DNA of 64,000 nt, taken from Candidatus Pacearchaeota archaeon (GTDB taxonomy: Archaea; Nanobdellota; Nanobdellia; Pacearchaeales; GW2011-AR1). The notes under the pieces are model-generated. The model had not been told where the DNA came from. It searched no databases and worked only from the letters and a program-made list of their open reading frames with translations. This document shows, one piece after another, positions 30,915-40,786 of the stretch (position 1 is the stretch's first letter; each line of letters starts with the position of its first letter). The DNA lies in NCBI GenBank assembly GCA_023139205.1, contig JAGLOA010000003.1, forward strand, positions 1,779-65,778, read 5' to 3'. The position numbers and the translations under genes are program-made.

Positions 30915-30990
30915 GGCTCCGTAGCTTCCCAAGGAGGGATGATCTGCTTTGCAGACCTCAGCCTTTTAAGTTACTTCGCAGTCGCCCCAA
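30915..30990. repeat. Hairpin cassette preceded by a duplicate of the tRNA-Lys 5' end
   Basis: GGCTCCGTAGCT at 30915 and 30995; 30927-30939 is the reverse complement of 26969-26981. Confidence 0.75.
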
Positions 30991-30994
30991 AAAT

Positions 30995-31069
30995 GGCTCC
31001 GTAGCTCAGCTTGGTCAGAGCACCAGACTCTTAATCTGGGTGTCGAGGGTTCAAATCCCTTCGGGGCCA
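30995..31069 (+). tRNA. tRNA-Lys(CTT)
   Basis: GGCTCCG...CCAGA-CT-CTT-AA-TCTGG...GGTTCAAATCC...CGGGGCC-A. Confidence 0.95.
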
Positions 31070-31139
31070 TTTCTAATTTTGGTAAAATGGTAAGAAAATT
31101 ATTAGTAAAGTTTAAAGGGATTAAATTATTCTATTATTT

Positions 31140-31658
31140 ATGAAGAAAAGAAATCCTAAAAGCGAAGGAGAAGAATTAATCGGAGAGTTTTTTACAGAGA
31201 ACGACATCAAATTTGAAGAAGAAAAAGAGATACTTAATCTTAAAGGAGATAAATTTCAAAAAAGAGTGGCGGATTTTTATCTACCTAAATACAAAGTTTA
31301 TGTAGAATTCTTTGGCCAATGGAATGTTAGTGATTTCCATAAAAATAGATATAAAAATAAAAAGTATGTCTATAAAGAAAATAATGTTTCTTGTATCTAT
31401 CTCTATCCAGATAATTTGGGAATACTCAATTTCATTTTTAAAAGGAGATTAAAAGATGTTTTAAGAAGTCATAAAAACAGAAAAAAAGAATTGTATAAAT
31501 TCTATTTTGACAACTTTTTAGAAAAATCTGGGATATCAATCTTGATAATATTCATATTAATTTTTGCTGTTGGTAATTTTTGGGCGTATGTTGGTTCAGG
31601 AGTTTTATTCTTAGGGACAGTGTATGAATTTTTTATTAAAGAAATTTTAAAAAATTAA
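31140..31658 (+). CDS. PD-(D/E)XK nuclease-like protein with C-terminal TM helices
   Basis: KS-GE..I..F, ADFYLP..VYVEFFG, hydrophobic C-terminus. Confidence 0.65.
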   Translation: MKKRNPKSEGEELIGEFFTENDIKFEEEKEILNLKGDKFQKRVADFYLPKYKVYVEFFGQWNVSDFHKNRYKNKKYVYKENNVSCIYLYPDNLGILNFIFKRRLKDVLRSHKNRKKELYKFYFDNFLEKSGISILIIFILIFAVGNFWAYVGSGVLFLGTVYEFFIKEILKN

Positions 31659-31910
31659 AAAAACACCCAGAGCCACCCCCCTTCCCAACCTTTTCAAATT
31701 CCTAGCAAGAATTGCTCTTTGCTCAATTTTTCTAGTCACCAAAATTCTCTTCTTTCCTTTTGAAGTTGGATTTTTTATTGTCTGCCCAGCTTTTGCATTT
31801 ATAATCACATCAAGAAGTCTTAAAGGAATTTTCTCTTCTTTAGGAATTTCCAAATCATAATGAAGTTTTCCAAGTCTGTGGATTGCTCTTTGAATCCATT
31901 TCTTTACCAT
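31647..31910 (-). CDS. Small basic protein, possibly of viral origin
   Basis: KKWIQRAI...GKLH..L.IP..EKIP. Confidence 0.6.
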   Translation of the reverse strand: MVKKWIQRAIHRLGKLHYDLEIPKEEKIPLRLLDVIINAKAGQTIKNPTSKGKKRILVTRKIEQRAILARNLKRLGRGVALGVFLIF

Positions 31911-32500
31911 AACACAAAATAGATATTAGAATATATAAATTATTTTTTTCTGGATGGGGATTGAATTTTTCCCCTAATAGTTTTTATGTTCTTTTGCCAA
32001 TCTTCCTTAGACATAATGTGCTTTGGTTCTTTATTGGAAAGAACATCCAAAGGAGAATACTTTTCATTCTCAGCTCTTAAAAAAAAGTGAAAGTGAATAT
32101 GGGGCATATGTTGGTTTGCTGATTCACCATTATTATTAATAAGATTAAACCCATCAAATTCTCCGTTGTCAATAAATTCCATTGATATTTTTTTTATCAT
32201 ATCTCTAATCTCTAGAACTTCTTCATCATTAAGATCTCCTATAAAATCAACATGACGATTAGTTATAATCATGAGGTGTCCAAAACTTAGTGGACTACGT
32301 GGGTAAATCATTAAAGCATACTTACCCTTAAGAATAAGTTGCTGATCTAATTCTTCTTTTTCACAAAACGAACATTTTCTATTTTCCATATTTTCTCCGG
32401 ATAATTTCCAAAATGAATTTGGAACCACGTTCCCCTTTGTCATTAATATAATAATCTTCTCCAGATAATTTTCTAATACACCAACCTTTTCAAATTCCTA
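31685..32500. repeat. 20-bp direct repeat (31685-31704 and 32481-32500)
   Basis: CCAACCTTTTCAAATTCCTA in both places. Confidence 0.85.
31940..32389 (-). CDS. HIT family hydrolase
   Basis: CSFC, GHLMII, NNG..A.Q..PHIHFH. Confidence 0.9.
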   Translation of the reverse strand: MENRKCSFCEKEELDQQLILKGKYALMIYPRSPLSFGHLMIITNRHVDFIGDLNDEEVLEIRDMIKKISMEFIDNGEFDGFNLINNNGESANQHMPHIHFHFFLRAENEKYSPLDVLSNKEPKHIMSKEDWQKNIKTIRGKIQSPSRKK

Positions 32501-32563
32501 ACAATTTTACGCAATGCTAACTACTATAAAACCAGTCTTATTCAGGGCGATGATAAATTAGAA

Positions 32564-32851
32564 TCATCTAATTAGTCTTTGTATATTCTCGATAGCATCT
32601 GCAACTTCTCTACCTTTCTTGGTAAGTTGTATAATTTTTATTCGCCCCTTTTTTTCAAATACAACTAACTTCAAGATTTCTAAGGTTTGCAAAATCTTCA
32701 CTGCATGGCTGTAAGTACAATCTACTTCCTTAGCCAAAAGACTACCATACCTCATCCTTGTATTCTTTTTCAGAGAAACCAACATAAGAGCCGGCTTTCT
32801 TCTAAAAAAGACATCAAAATTGTCTTTCATTTGAAAACGTTCATCATCCAA
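32564..32851 (-). CDS. Winged-helix transcriptional regulator
   Basis: LAKEVDCTYSH-VKIL, KKGR-K-I-LT-KG. Confidence 0.85.
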   Translation of the reverse strand: MDDERFQMKDNFDVFFRRKPALMLVSLKKNTRMRYGSLLAKEVDCTYSHAVKILQTLEILKLVVFEKKGRIKIIQLTKKGREVADAIENIQRLIR

Positions 32852-33033
32852 TTAAAGCAAGATTCCCAGATTCAACCGAGAGTATTTCTTTCATTTAATA
32901 TGCATGATTTAACCTATATATTCCAGACAGTATATCCCTTATAAATCTTTTGATAACCTCGACGTTACCCCCAATCAATAAGGAATTTTCACGATTTCAC
33001 AAAGTTTATTAACAAAAAACTTATTTTTATTTC

Positions 33034-33645
33034 ATGAAAAAGAAATCAAAAATTTTAGCAATTGGAGATCTTCACGGAGACACAGGTCTGGTAAAAAAAT
33101 TAGCTAAAAAAGCAAAAGATGAAAATGTGGATTTAGTCATATTAACAGGGGACCTGACATTCGCAGAACAATCTACAAAAAATCTAATTGGTCCGTTTAT
33201 AAAAGAAAAAAAACAAGTTCTGTTAATTCCAGGAAACCATGAATCTGTAGCAACAATAGATTTTCTAGCAGAAATGTATCCAAACACAAAAAACATTCAT
33301 GGATATTCTTTCAAAAAAGGAGGCATAGGAATTTTCGGGGCAGGAGGAGCAAACATGGGGATAAACACTGTGAGAGATTCAGAAATTTTTGATTTATTAA
33401 AAAAAGGTCATGAAAAAATTAAAGATTTAAAGAAAAAAATAATGGTAACCCACATGCATCCTAAAGGAAGTAAAGCAGAATTCTCAGGATTTGAAGGAAG
33501 CAGAGCAATAAAAAAAGCAATAAAAGAATTTCACCCAGACATTGCAATTTGCTCGCACATTCACGAAGCTTCAGGAATAGAAGAACAAATGGGGAAAACA
33601 AAAGTAATTAATGTCAGCAGAAAAGAAAAGATTTTTGAGATCTAA
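33034..33645 (+). CDS. Metallophosphoesterase (calcineurin-like)
   Basis: GDLHG, GDLT, PGNHE, TH, SHIHE. Confidence 0.9.
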   Translation: MKKKSKILAIGDLHGDTGLVKKLAKKAKDENVDLVILTGDLTFAEQSTKNLIGPFIKEKKQVLLIPGNHESVATIDFLAEMYPNTKNIHGYSFKKGGIGIFGAGGANMGINTVRDSEIFDLLKKGHEKIKDLKKKIMVTHMHPKGSKAEFSGFEGSRAIKKAIKEFHPDIAICSHIHEASGIEEQMGKTKVINVSRKEKIFEI

Positions 33646-33711
33646 AATTGGAATAAAAAAAGTACATCAAAAAGGAAGTTCATTTGAAGTATTTCTTCTC
33701 GGGAAAAAGCT

Positions 33712-34107
33712 TTATTCTTCAGAAATTTTTTCTGTTCCACAGTAAATTTCTTCAACATTAAGAATTATTCCTGATTTTGGAGATATTACCAGACTTGATC
33801 TTTTATCTTCAATCCACTCAACAGTATCCTTAAATATCTTATCATCTCTATGAAATTCAGTGGTGCCTTTAATTTGATAAGATTTTTTATTTTCTTTATC
33901 TAATACAACAAAAGAGATTCTAGGATTTTCAAGTAAGTTTTCTAAGGTTTTAGAAAATTTATTATTTGCAATTAAAATTTGTTTATCATTATACACTTTA
34001 AGAAATTTCAGATAGATAATGTTTGGAATACCCTCTTTTGTTGAAGTTGACAAGATATGCAATTCTTGCTTATTAATTATTTCTTGTATGTATTTTGGAA
34101 TTTTCAT
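33712..34107 (-). CDS. Pyridoxamine 5'-phosphate oxidase-like FMN-binding protein
   Basis: LST..KEG-PN, KTLENL.ENP, YQIKG, VEEIY. Confidence 0.85.
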   Translation of the reverse strand: MKIPKYIQEIINKQELHILSTSTKEGIPNIIYLKFLKVYNDKQILIANNKFSKTLENLLENPRISFVVLDKENKKSYQIKGTTEFHRDDKIFKDTVEWIEDKRSSLVISPKSGIILNVEEIYCGTEKISEE

Positions 34108-34289
34108 AATAAAATAAAAGATTAAGTTACTTATTTAAAACTTTTGCTTAAATTAAATTGCTAAAGCCTTTTTCTCGATTTCATATAACAACTTTTAATC
34201 AAACTCTTCATTCAAAACATCTAAATTTTCTGAGATTAATCTAAAAATTTATAAAAGAACCTTAATCTTAATTTAACAAGGTAAATAAC

Positions 34290-34811
34290 ATGAGTCTATT
34301 GAAAAAATTATTCGAAAAGAATCCAAAAATTGATTTCTCCCAATCAATCTTTTTTGTTAGACAATTTAGACAGAAGAATTATGACAGAGAAATTGATGAA
34401 GGAATGTCATCTGGAATGAAAAGGTATGCAACATTGGATGTGACAAAGCTCTCTAAAAAACAAGCTAGACAAGTTATTGGAGAATTAATAGAAGAAGTAC
34501 AAGATTTTAGTTTATGTAAACTTGTTCAATTAGCAGGTTTTACTAAAAAAGATAAACGTTATTTAATCTTAAGTGGAGAATCTCATATATTCTATGAGAA
34601 ATCTACAAAGGATGTAATTTTAAACAGGATGAAAAGTACTACAAAAGAATTACCAGTTGAATATCTAAAAGCACATGTAACGCCACTCATTCAAGGAGAA
34701 TTGTATAAACCAACTAATTTAGGTCCATACGGAAGTACTGGAAATCCTTGTTTAGGAATTTCACAACATCCTGATGCACAAAAACTAAGAGAAAAAGGGA
34801 TAATAAAATAA
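34290..34811 (+). CDS. Hypothetical protein
   Basis: 173-aa ORF. Confidence 0.7.
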   Translation: MSLLKKLFEKNPKIDFSQSIFFVRQFRQKNYDREIDEGMSSGMKRYATLDVTKLSKKQARQVIGELIEEVQDFSLCKLVQLAGFTKKDKRYLILSGESHIFYEKSTKDVILNRMKSTTKELPVEYLKAHVTPLIQGELYKPTNLGPYGSTGNPCLGISQHPDAQKLREKGIIK

Positions 34812-34950
34812 TTTACACCAGTCCATTATATTTTTCTTCTATTTATCTTCATTTTAACAAAACCCCAATTCTAAATCAGGCATAATAAATTTTATCAAAT
34901 TTAGTCCAGAAAATAATTAATGTCAGCAGAAAAGAAAAGATTTTTGAGAT

Positions 34951-35178
34951 CTAATACAAAAATTTTGGATTCATAATACCCTTAGCTTTTATATTAAACT
35001 TTTTTATCAACTCTTGACTAACCCCTTTCTTAGAAAGGTACTTTGATATTTTCTCAAGAGAATTCACTTCTTCTCTAATCGGTCCACTTCCTTTACCTGA
35101 AGTAAATCTAACTTCCAAAAAAGTTGAATTTCTTAGGAGATAATTAAACACACAAAAACTATTTTGATTTAGGTCCAA
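34951..35178 (-). CDS. Hypothetical protein or gene remnant
   Basis: 75-aa ORF overlapping the end of the upstream gene. Confidence 0.35.
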   Translation of the reverse strand: MDLNQNSFCVFNYLLRNSTFLEVRFTSGKGSGPIREEVNSLEKISKYLSKKGVSQELIKKFNIKAKGIMNPKFLY

Positions 35179-35872
35179 TTTCTTCTAATCTTTTTTTATT
35201 CTTAATATATCTCAATGCAATTTTTTCAAGACCTTTTTCAGAATGAATGTCTTTTATTCCATCAAATAATAATTTTGCCCCTTCTAAAACAGGATACAAA
35301 TTTGGGTTATTTTTTACATAATTTGGGATTACTTTTTGAGGAGATATTTCTGTATCTTGTATTAATTGATGTATTCTTTGAATAAAAAAGCCCATCTGAC
35401 TTTCCCTTTCTTCAGGAGTTTTTGAAGGCATATAATGTGAGATAAATTCATGAGATTGATATGCTGGGAAAAAATGCATCCCTCCAAAATTATCATTTGG
35501 TGCACCATAAGGGCTTCTAATATCTGTTCTTAACCCAATAACAAATTTTCCCATTAATTTTGCGTAAGAACTTTCAACAACAACACCTTCATCAAGAGGT
35601 TCATCAAAATTCGCTAATACAACATCACTTTTCGGGATAAAAACCCCCATGTCAAGAAAATAAATTACATTTTGAACTGCAGAACTAATTTGGTCTTGCT
35701 GAAGCTTCCCAGAAAGGGCATTTGTTAAATTTCCAAATTCAAATCCATCTCTTTGCGGGAAATTTGTTTTATAACCAAATCTTTCTAAACCTTCAACTAA
35801 TTGAGAATTAAAATGAGTCTCTCTCCCATTGAATAATGCTGCTGCAGGATAAATTATTATTCTGTCTTTCAT
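35159..35872 (-). CDS. Nucleoside 2-deoxyribosyltransferase-like protein
   Basis: IYPAAALF, FPQRDG, SDVVLANFD, DEG-VVE-SYA, LRTD-R. Confidence 0.8.
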   Translation of the reverse strand: MKDRIIIYPAAALFNGRETHFNSQLVEGLERFGYKTNFPQRDGFEFGNLTNALSGKLQQDQISSAVQNVIYFLDMGVFIPKSDVVLANFDEPLDEGVVVESSYAKLMGKFVIGLRTDIRSPYGAPNDNFGGMHFFPAYQSHEFISHYMPSKTPEERESQMGFFIQRIHQLIQDTEISPQKVIPNYVKNNPNLYPVLEGAKLLFDGIKDIHSEKGLEKIALRYIKNKKRLEEIGPKSK

Positions 35873-36036
35873 TTTATTCAGAAAATTATGTTTTATTATA
35901 AATTTACTTGTGTTTGTGTGCTATAATTTTGGAGAAGCAAAAAAATTAATTTTTTATTTAATTTAACAACTTTTAATCAAACTTCTTTCTTAAACTATTC
36001 AAAAAATTATAAAAACCCTTCTTCTTCTCAATAATC

Positions 36037-38451
36037 ATGGCAAAAAAACCAAAAAAATTCAGAGAAGAAAAAATAGCTGAAAATTATTTTCCAGTTGATA
36101 CAAGTGATTTAAAATATACAACTGAAAAACAAGTAAAAGAATTTACCCCAAATCCAGAAGAAATCTTAAAAAAATCCACAGAAAAAAAAGTCTTAAATTC
36201 TCAACCTAAAGAAGAAATAACAAAAGGGGCAGTTGAAAAAGTTTACAAAAAACCAAGCAGAAGTTCTTTAGAAAAAGTAGAAAAAAGAACTTACAAAAAA
36301 AGAAAATCAAGAAAAACAAATAAAATAGAATATTCTCCCCCAAAGATTAAATTGAAAAAATCAGGTTATGAATTAATAATCACAGAAAAACCTCAGGCTG
36401 CATTAAAAATAGCTAATGCTCTTGGAAAAGCTGTCCAAAAAACAAATGCCAAAGTTCCATATTATGAGGTTGACAGAAATAAAGAAAAAATAATTGTCGC
36501 TTGTGCAGTAGGGCATTTATTTACATTAAAACAAAACACACCCAGTTCAGTATTCCCAACTTTTGACATAAGCTGGATTCCAAATTATCTTGCAAGAAAA
36601 AAAGATTTCACAAAAAGATATTATGATACTTTATTAAAATTAGCAAAAGGTGCTGGAAGTTTAACAGTAGCAACAGATTTTGATGTTGAAGGAGAAGTTA
36701 TTGGATTAAATGTTGTGAGATTTATCTGTAATCAAAAAGATGCAAACAGAATGAAATTTTCAACTTTAACAGAAAAAGAACTAAATAAAGCATATGAAAA
36801 TAAATTAAAAAAGATTGTATGGGGACAGGCAATTGCAGGAGAAACACGGCATTATTTAGATTGGTTTTACGGAATAAACTTATCAAAAGCTTTAATGAAT
36901 GCAATAAAAACAACAGGGAAATTCAGAATAATGTCTATTGGAAGAGTGCAGGGTCCAGCATTAAATATGATTGTAAAAAAAGAAAGAGAAATCCAAAAAT
37001 TTGAATCTGTTCCTTACTGGCAAATCTTCATAACAGTAAAAAATTCTCATATTCTAGAATTAAAGCATAATAAAGACATCTTAGGCCCTGAAAGGGTCAT
37101 GAACGGAATTGATAAGTTAGAAAAATTTGAAAATCTAGACGGAAAAACCGCTCAGGCAAAAACAAAAAAAACAGAGCAAATTTTACCTCCTCATCCTCCA
37201 TTTAATTTAACTACTCTTCAAATAGAAGCATACAAATTCCACGGAATAACTCCTTCAAAAACATTGAGAGCAGCACAATCACTTTATCTCGCAGGATTAA
37301 TCTCATATCCAAGAACTTCTTCTCAAAAATTACCAAAAGAAATAAACTACAAAGAAATTTTAGATAAATTAAAAATAAGATATAAAGTCAGCAAATTAAT
37401 AACTAAAAAAGAACCAATTGAAGGGAAAAAATCAGATCCTGCACATCCTTCAATTTATCCTACAGGAAACAAACAAATATTATCTGGAGACGAAGAAAAA
37501 ATCTATAATTTAGTTGTGAAAAGGTTTCTTTCTCTTTTTTGCGATGATGCAATTATTGATAAAAAAACAATTACTGCAACAATTGATAATTTAATATTTA
37601 GTACAAGAGGTTCTGCAGTAAGAAAAAAAGCATGGATGGAAATCTATCCAAGTAAATTAAAAGAAAATCAAATTCCAGATTTAGAAGGAGAAGTAAAAAT
37701 TATAAAAACAAAAATAGAAGAAAAAGAAACCCAACCCCCTAAAAGATATTCTCCAGCTTCTATACTTTCTGAACTTGAAAAAAGAAATCTTGGAACAAAA
37801 GCAACAAGGTCCTCAATATTAGAAACATTATATGATAGAGGGTACATAAGAGACCAAAGTGTAAAAGCAACCCCTCTAGGAATGGCTTTAATTGAAAGTT
37901 TAGAAAAACATTCTCCAATAATTATTGATGAATCATTAACAAGAAGTTTTGAGGCTTCAATGGATTCTATTAAAGAAGCTAAAAAAGATTTCGAGAAAAA
38001 AGAAGAAAAAATAATTTCAAAGGCAAAAAAAGCAATAACAGATATTGCGAAAGACTTTAAAAAAAATGAAAAAGAAATTGGGAAAGAACTTCTAAAAGCA
38101 AATGTAGAATTTAGAGAACAGCAAAAAATAGAGAATAAATTAATACAATGTCCTGTTTGTAAAAAAGGAAACTTAGCGATAACTTACTCTAAAAAAACAA
38201 GGAGATTTTTTATTGCATGTGATGCTTATCCAAATTGTAAAACAACTTTTTCTCTTCCTCCAAACGGGCAGATTAAAAAAACAGAAAAAATTTGTGAAGA
38301 ATGTAATTATCCGATGTTAATGAGATTAATGAAAGGCAGAAGACCTTGGATTTTTTGTTGGAATCCAAAATGCCCTACAAACGCAGAATGGGCGAACAAG
38401 TCTGCGAAATATAATCCCGAAGGTAAATCAGAAAAATCTGAGCAGGCTTGA
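36037..38451 (+). CDS. topA: DNA topoisomerase I (type IA)
   Basis: ITEKP, GHL, ATDFDVEGE, SIGRVQ, ISYPRT (catalytic Tyr), LGTKATR, C-terminal Zn ribbons. Confidence 0.96.
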   Translation: MAKKPKKFREEKIAENYFPVDTSDLKYTTEKQVKEFTPNPEEILKKSTEKKVLNSQPKEEITKGAVEKVYKKPSRSSLEKVEKRTYKKRKSRKTNKIEYSPPKIKLKKSGYELIITEKPQAALKIANALGKAVQKTNAKVPYYEVDRNKEKIIVACAVGHLFTLKQNTPSSVFPTFDISWIPNYLARKKDFTKRYYDTLLKLAKGAGSLTVATDFDVEGEVIGLNVVRFICNQKDANRMKFSTLTEKELNKAYENKLKKIVWGQAIAGETRHYLDWFYGINLSKALMNAIKTTGKFRIMSIGRVQGPALNMIVKKEREIQKFESVPYWQIFITVKNSHILELKHNKDILGPERVMNGIDKLEKFENLDGKTAQAKTKKTEQILPPHPPFNLTTLQIEAYKFHGITPSKTLRAAQSLYLAGLISYPRTSSQKLPKEINYKEILDKLKIRYKVSKLITKKEPIEGKKSDPAHPSIYPTGNKQILSGDEEKIYNLVVKRFLSLFCDDAIIDKKTITATIDNLIFSTRGSAVRKKAWMEIYPSKLKENQIPDLEGEVKIIKTKIEEKETQPPKRYSPASILSELEKRNLGTKATRSSILETLYDRGYIRDQSVKATPLGMALIESLEKHSPIIIDESLTRSFEASMDSIKEAKKDFEKKEEKIISKAKKAITDIAKDFKKNEKEIGKELLKANVEFREQQKIENKLIQCPVCKKGNLAITYSKKTRRFFIACDAYPNCKTTFSLPPNGQIKKTEKICEECNYPMLMRLMKGRRPWIFCWNPKCPTNAEWANKSAKYNPEGKSEKSEQA

Positions 38452-38487
38452 GAGTAAAAAGAGGGAAGAAAAATCTGATTTAAAAAT

Positions 38488-39111
38488 TCACTTTCTTTTT
38501 CTTTTAATTCTCACATGCGGACCATCTCTTCTTCTAAATTTTAAATTCTTTCCTAAAAACAAAAGCATAAAAGTTCCTATTAAAGAAAGCACCCCACTAA
38601 CTACAAAAAGAGGAGAAAAACCAAAACTATCTACAACAAAACCAGCTATAAAACTAGCACCAGCCAGACCAAATCCAACTAATGAAATTTCAATCCCCCA
38701 TTCAAAATTTTCATGACAATGATCAAGATGTCTTGAAAAAAACCCATACCAGGGAGTAAATGCAAAAGCGCCAGCTAAACCAATTAAAAACTGAATCCCA
38801 TAAACATGAATTGGCAGTCTGGCAAACAAATAAAGAAAATAAGCCAGACTAAAAATAAAAAACCCTATCACCATTGAATAAAAATCATCAAGCTCACCTT
38901 TTTTCTTATCTAAAAAATAAGCAATAGGAACACGGAAAGTTGACTTCGTTAACCAAAGAATCGCCATTGCAATTCCAACAACTTTCGCATTTCCCCCTTC
39001 AATTGACTGAACTAAAAAAATAGCAAAAACCGGATTAATAAATCCCATAGCAGTATTAAATAATAAATCAGCTCCAATTAAATTTCTAATCACCTTATTT
39101 ACATTAACCAT
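38488..39111 (-). CDS. Half-size (6-TM) MFS transporter
   Basis: Six hydrophobic helices, motif A-like AYFLDKKKG. Confidence 0.75.
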   Translation of the reverse strand: MVNVNKVIRNLIGADLLFNTAMGFINPVFAIFLVQSIEGGNAKVVGIAMAILWLTKSTFRVPIAYFLDKKKGELDDFYSMVIGFFIFSLAYFLYLFARLPIHVYGIQFLIGLAGAFAFTPWYGFFSRHLDHCHENFEWGIEISLVGFGLAGASFIAGFVVDSFGFSPLFVVSGVLSLIGTFMLLFLGKNLKFRRRDGPHVRIKRKRK

Positions 39112-39146
39112 AAATCATTCTGGGAAAAAACATTTATTAATCTTAT

Positions 39147-40352
39147 CTAAAACCATTCAACTAAATTCTTCTGAGTCTTAATTTGATTTAATAATTTACT
39201 TTTTTTAATAATTTCAGAACAATCAAAATTATATTTTATTTTTCCAATTTTCTTAGCACTTTCAATAAGCTCTTCTCTACTATTAAAAATCATTTTCTTT
39301 TCTAAAGCTTTTCTTACAGATTCACGAACAACCCAAACACCTAACGAAGCCCAATAAGAAGGAGTTTCAATCCTAATTACCAAAACACTTGCTTGTTTTT
39401 TTATTGATTCCAAATATTCTAAAATTGGGAGCCGTGTAGCATAATAACCTCCTGCAGTAGCAAAAGCATAATTTTTTCTTCCAAAATAATTTTCAGAATC
39501 TGTTGACGCTTTAAGCTCTAAAGAAGGATTCCATGAACTTCCAGGAAGATATAACTCAAAAAGTTCATAACTCCAAACATTTGGGAAAAGCATTATCAAA
39601 TAACAATTACCCATAAACTCTTCAAAAAACAATTCATAATTCTCAATCCATTTATAATCTCTAATTTTTTCCAAAAGATTTCTTGCCAAAATATCATCAG
39701 TTGCAGTAATACTCCAACGAGTCGGAACAAATTTTTTATTTTTCTTTAAACCCAAAACACCAACACTCAAAATCTTGCTCAAAGTATATTCATTAAAATT
39801 ATTTTTATATAACAACCCAACACCCTCTGAAGCCTTAATTTCATCATTCATAACATTCTCAACTTTTTGATGAATTTTCACATTGCTTGTAATCTTCGCC
39901 TTTTTTAATCCAGCCCTCATTCCATGAGGAGCCAAAACTCGGTCTTTATTTTTATCAAACCTCATTTTATTTTTCAATTCAATTTCAATATCCACTGGTT
40001 TACAGGCAATTGCAATTTCCTGAGAAATCTGAACAAACTTTTTATTTAATCTGGAATCAGTAACTTTACTCTGAAACCTGGAATTCAATAAACTACTTCT
40101 TAATTTAATTACATCATTAATCTGAAAATTATTCTCTGCCCAATATTTAGCATCATCATAAACCCAGGCATTTTCTTCTTTTTCCAAAGGAGACAAAATA
40201 CCAATATTCACTAAAGGATATTTTAATTTAGAGCCAATAAAAACACTTGGAGGAGAAATACTCTCAAACTTTGAAACACTTTTCAAATCTTTATATTTAA
40301 AATTAGTATCAGCTACTTTCCTAACTATCTCAAACTTAATATTTTCAGACAT
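39147..40352 (-). CDS. nreA: Archaeal DNA repair protein Nre
   Basis: SPPSVFIG, YP-VNIG-L-P, VPTRWSITA-DD, GGYYA-RL, LGVWVVRE, PIP box QKNLVEWF. Confidence 0.9.
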   Translation of the reverse strand: MSENIKFEIVRKVADTNFKYKDLKSVSKFESISPPSVFIGSKLKYPLVNIGILSPLEKEENAWVYDDAKYWAENNFQINDVIKLRSSLLNSRFQSKVTDSRLNKKFVQISQEIAIACKPVDIEIELKNKMRFDKNKDRVLAPHGMRAGLKKAKITSNVKIHQKVENVMNDEIKASEGVGLLYKNNFNEYTLSKILSVGVLGLKKNKKFVPTRWSITATDDILARNLLEKIRDYKWIENYELFFEEFMGNCYLIMLFPNVWSYELFELYLPGSSWNPSLELKASTDSENYFGRKNYAFATAGGYYATRLPILEYLESIKKQASVLVIRIETPSYWASLGVWVVRESVRKALEKKMIFNSREELIESAKKIGKIKYNFDCSEIIKKSKLLNQIKTQKNLVEWF

Positions 40353-40423
40353 ACAAAATAAAATAATAAGAAGTTTATATTTTTTTATAAACAAAACAAA
40401 TATTTAAAAAGAAAAATCAAATT

Positions 40424-40786
40424 TTACTGATCACTATGGGTTAAAAAATTAGGATCTCCAACAATCTTACGCTTATGAATTCCAAAACTTTCTCTACTCA
40501 AAGCATTAAACCTATCCAAATCTTCCCAATCCATATTACAAATAGAAAATTTTCTTACAACATAACTATTTTTTTCAGGAATAAACTTAAGTTTTGTTAA
40601 TCTTTGATAACTTTCAAGATTTGCATCAATTATTTTATTAACTTTTTTCCTATATTTCTTTTCAAGAGAAATTTTATTATAAACCCTACTTTGCAAATAT
40701 TCTTTAGTAAAACTAAAACCAATATTATTCAATAAGTTATCAAATTCTTTTTCAACAACTTCATTTAATCTTCTTAATCTCATCAT
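40424..40786 (-). CDS. Hypothetical protein
   Basis: 120-aa ORF coupled to the upstream ORF (ATGA overlap). Confidence 0.6.
   Translation of the reverse strand: MMRLRRLNEVVEKEFDNLLNNIGFSFTKEYLQSRVYNKISLEKKYRKKVNKIIDANLESYQRLTKLKFIPEKNSYVVRKFSICNMDWEDLDRFNALSRESFGIHKRKIVGDPNFLTHSDQ

Larger units (their letters stand above)
33605..34954. repeat. 41-bp perfect direct repeat (33605-33645 and 34914-34954) duplicating the phosphoesterase 3' end
   Basis: TAATTAATGTCAGCAGAAAAGAAAAGATTTTTGAGATCTAA in both places. Confidence 0.92.
34186..35983. repeat. 20-bp direct repeat (34186-34205 and 35964-35983) duplicating the topA upstream region
   Basis: TAACAACTTTTAATCAAACT in both places. Confidence 0.75.
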
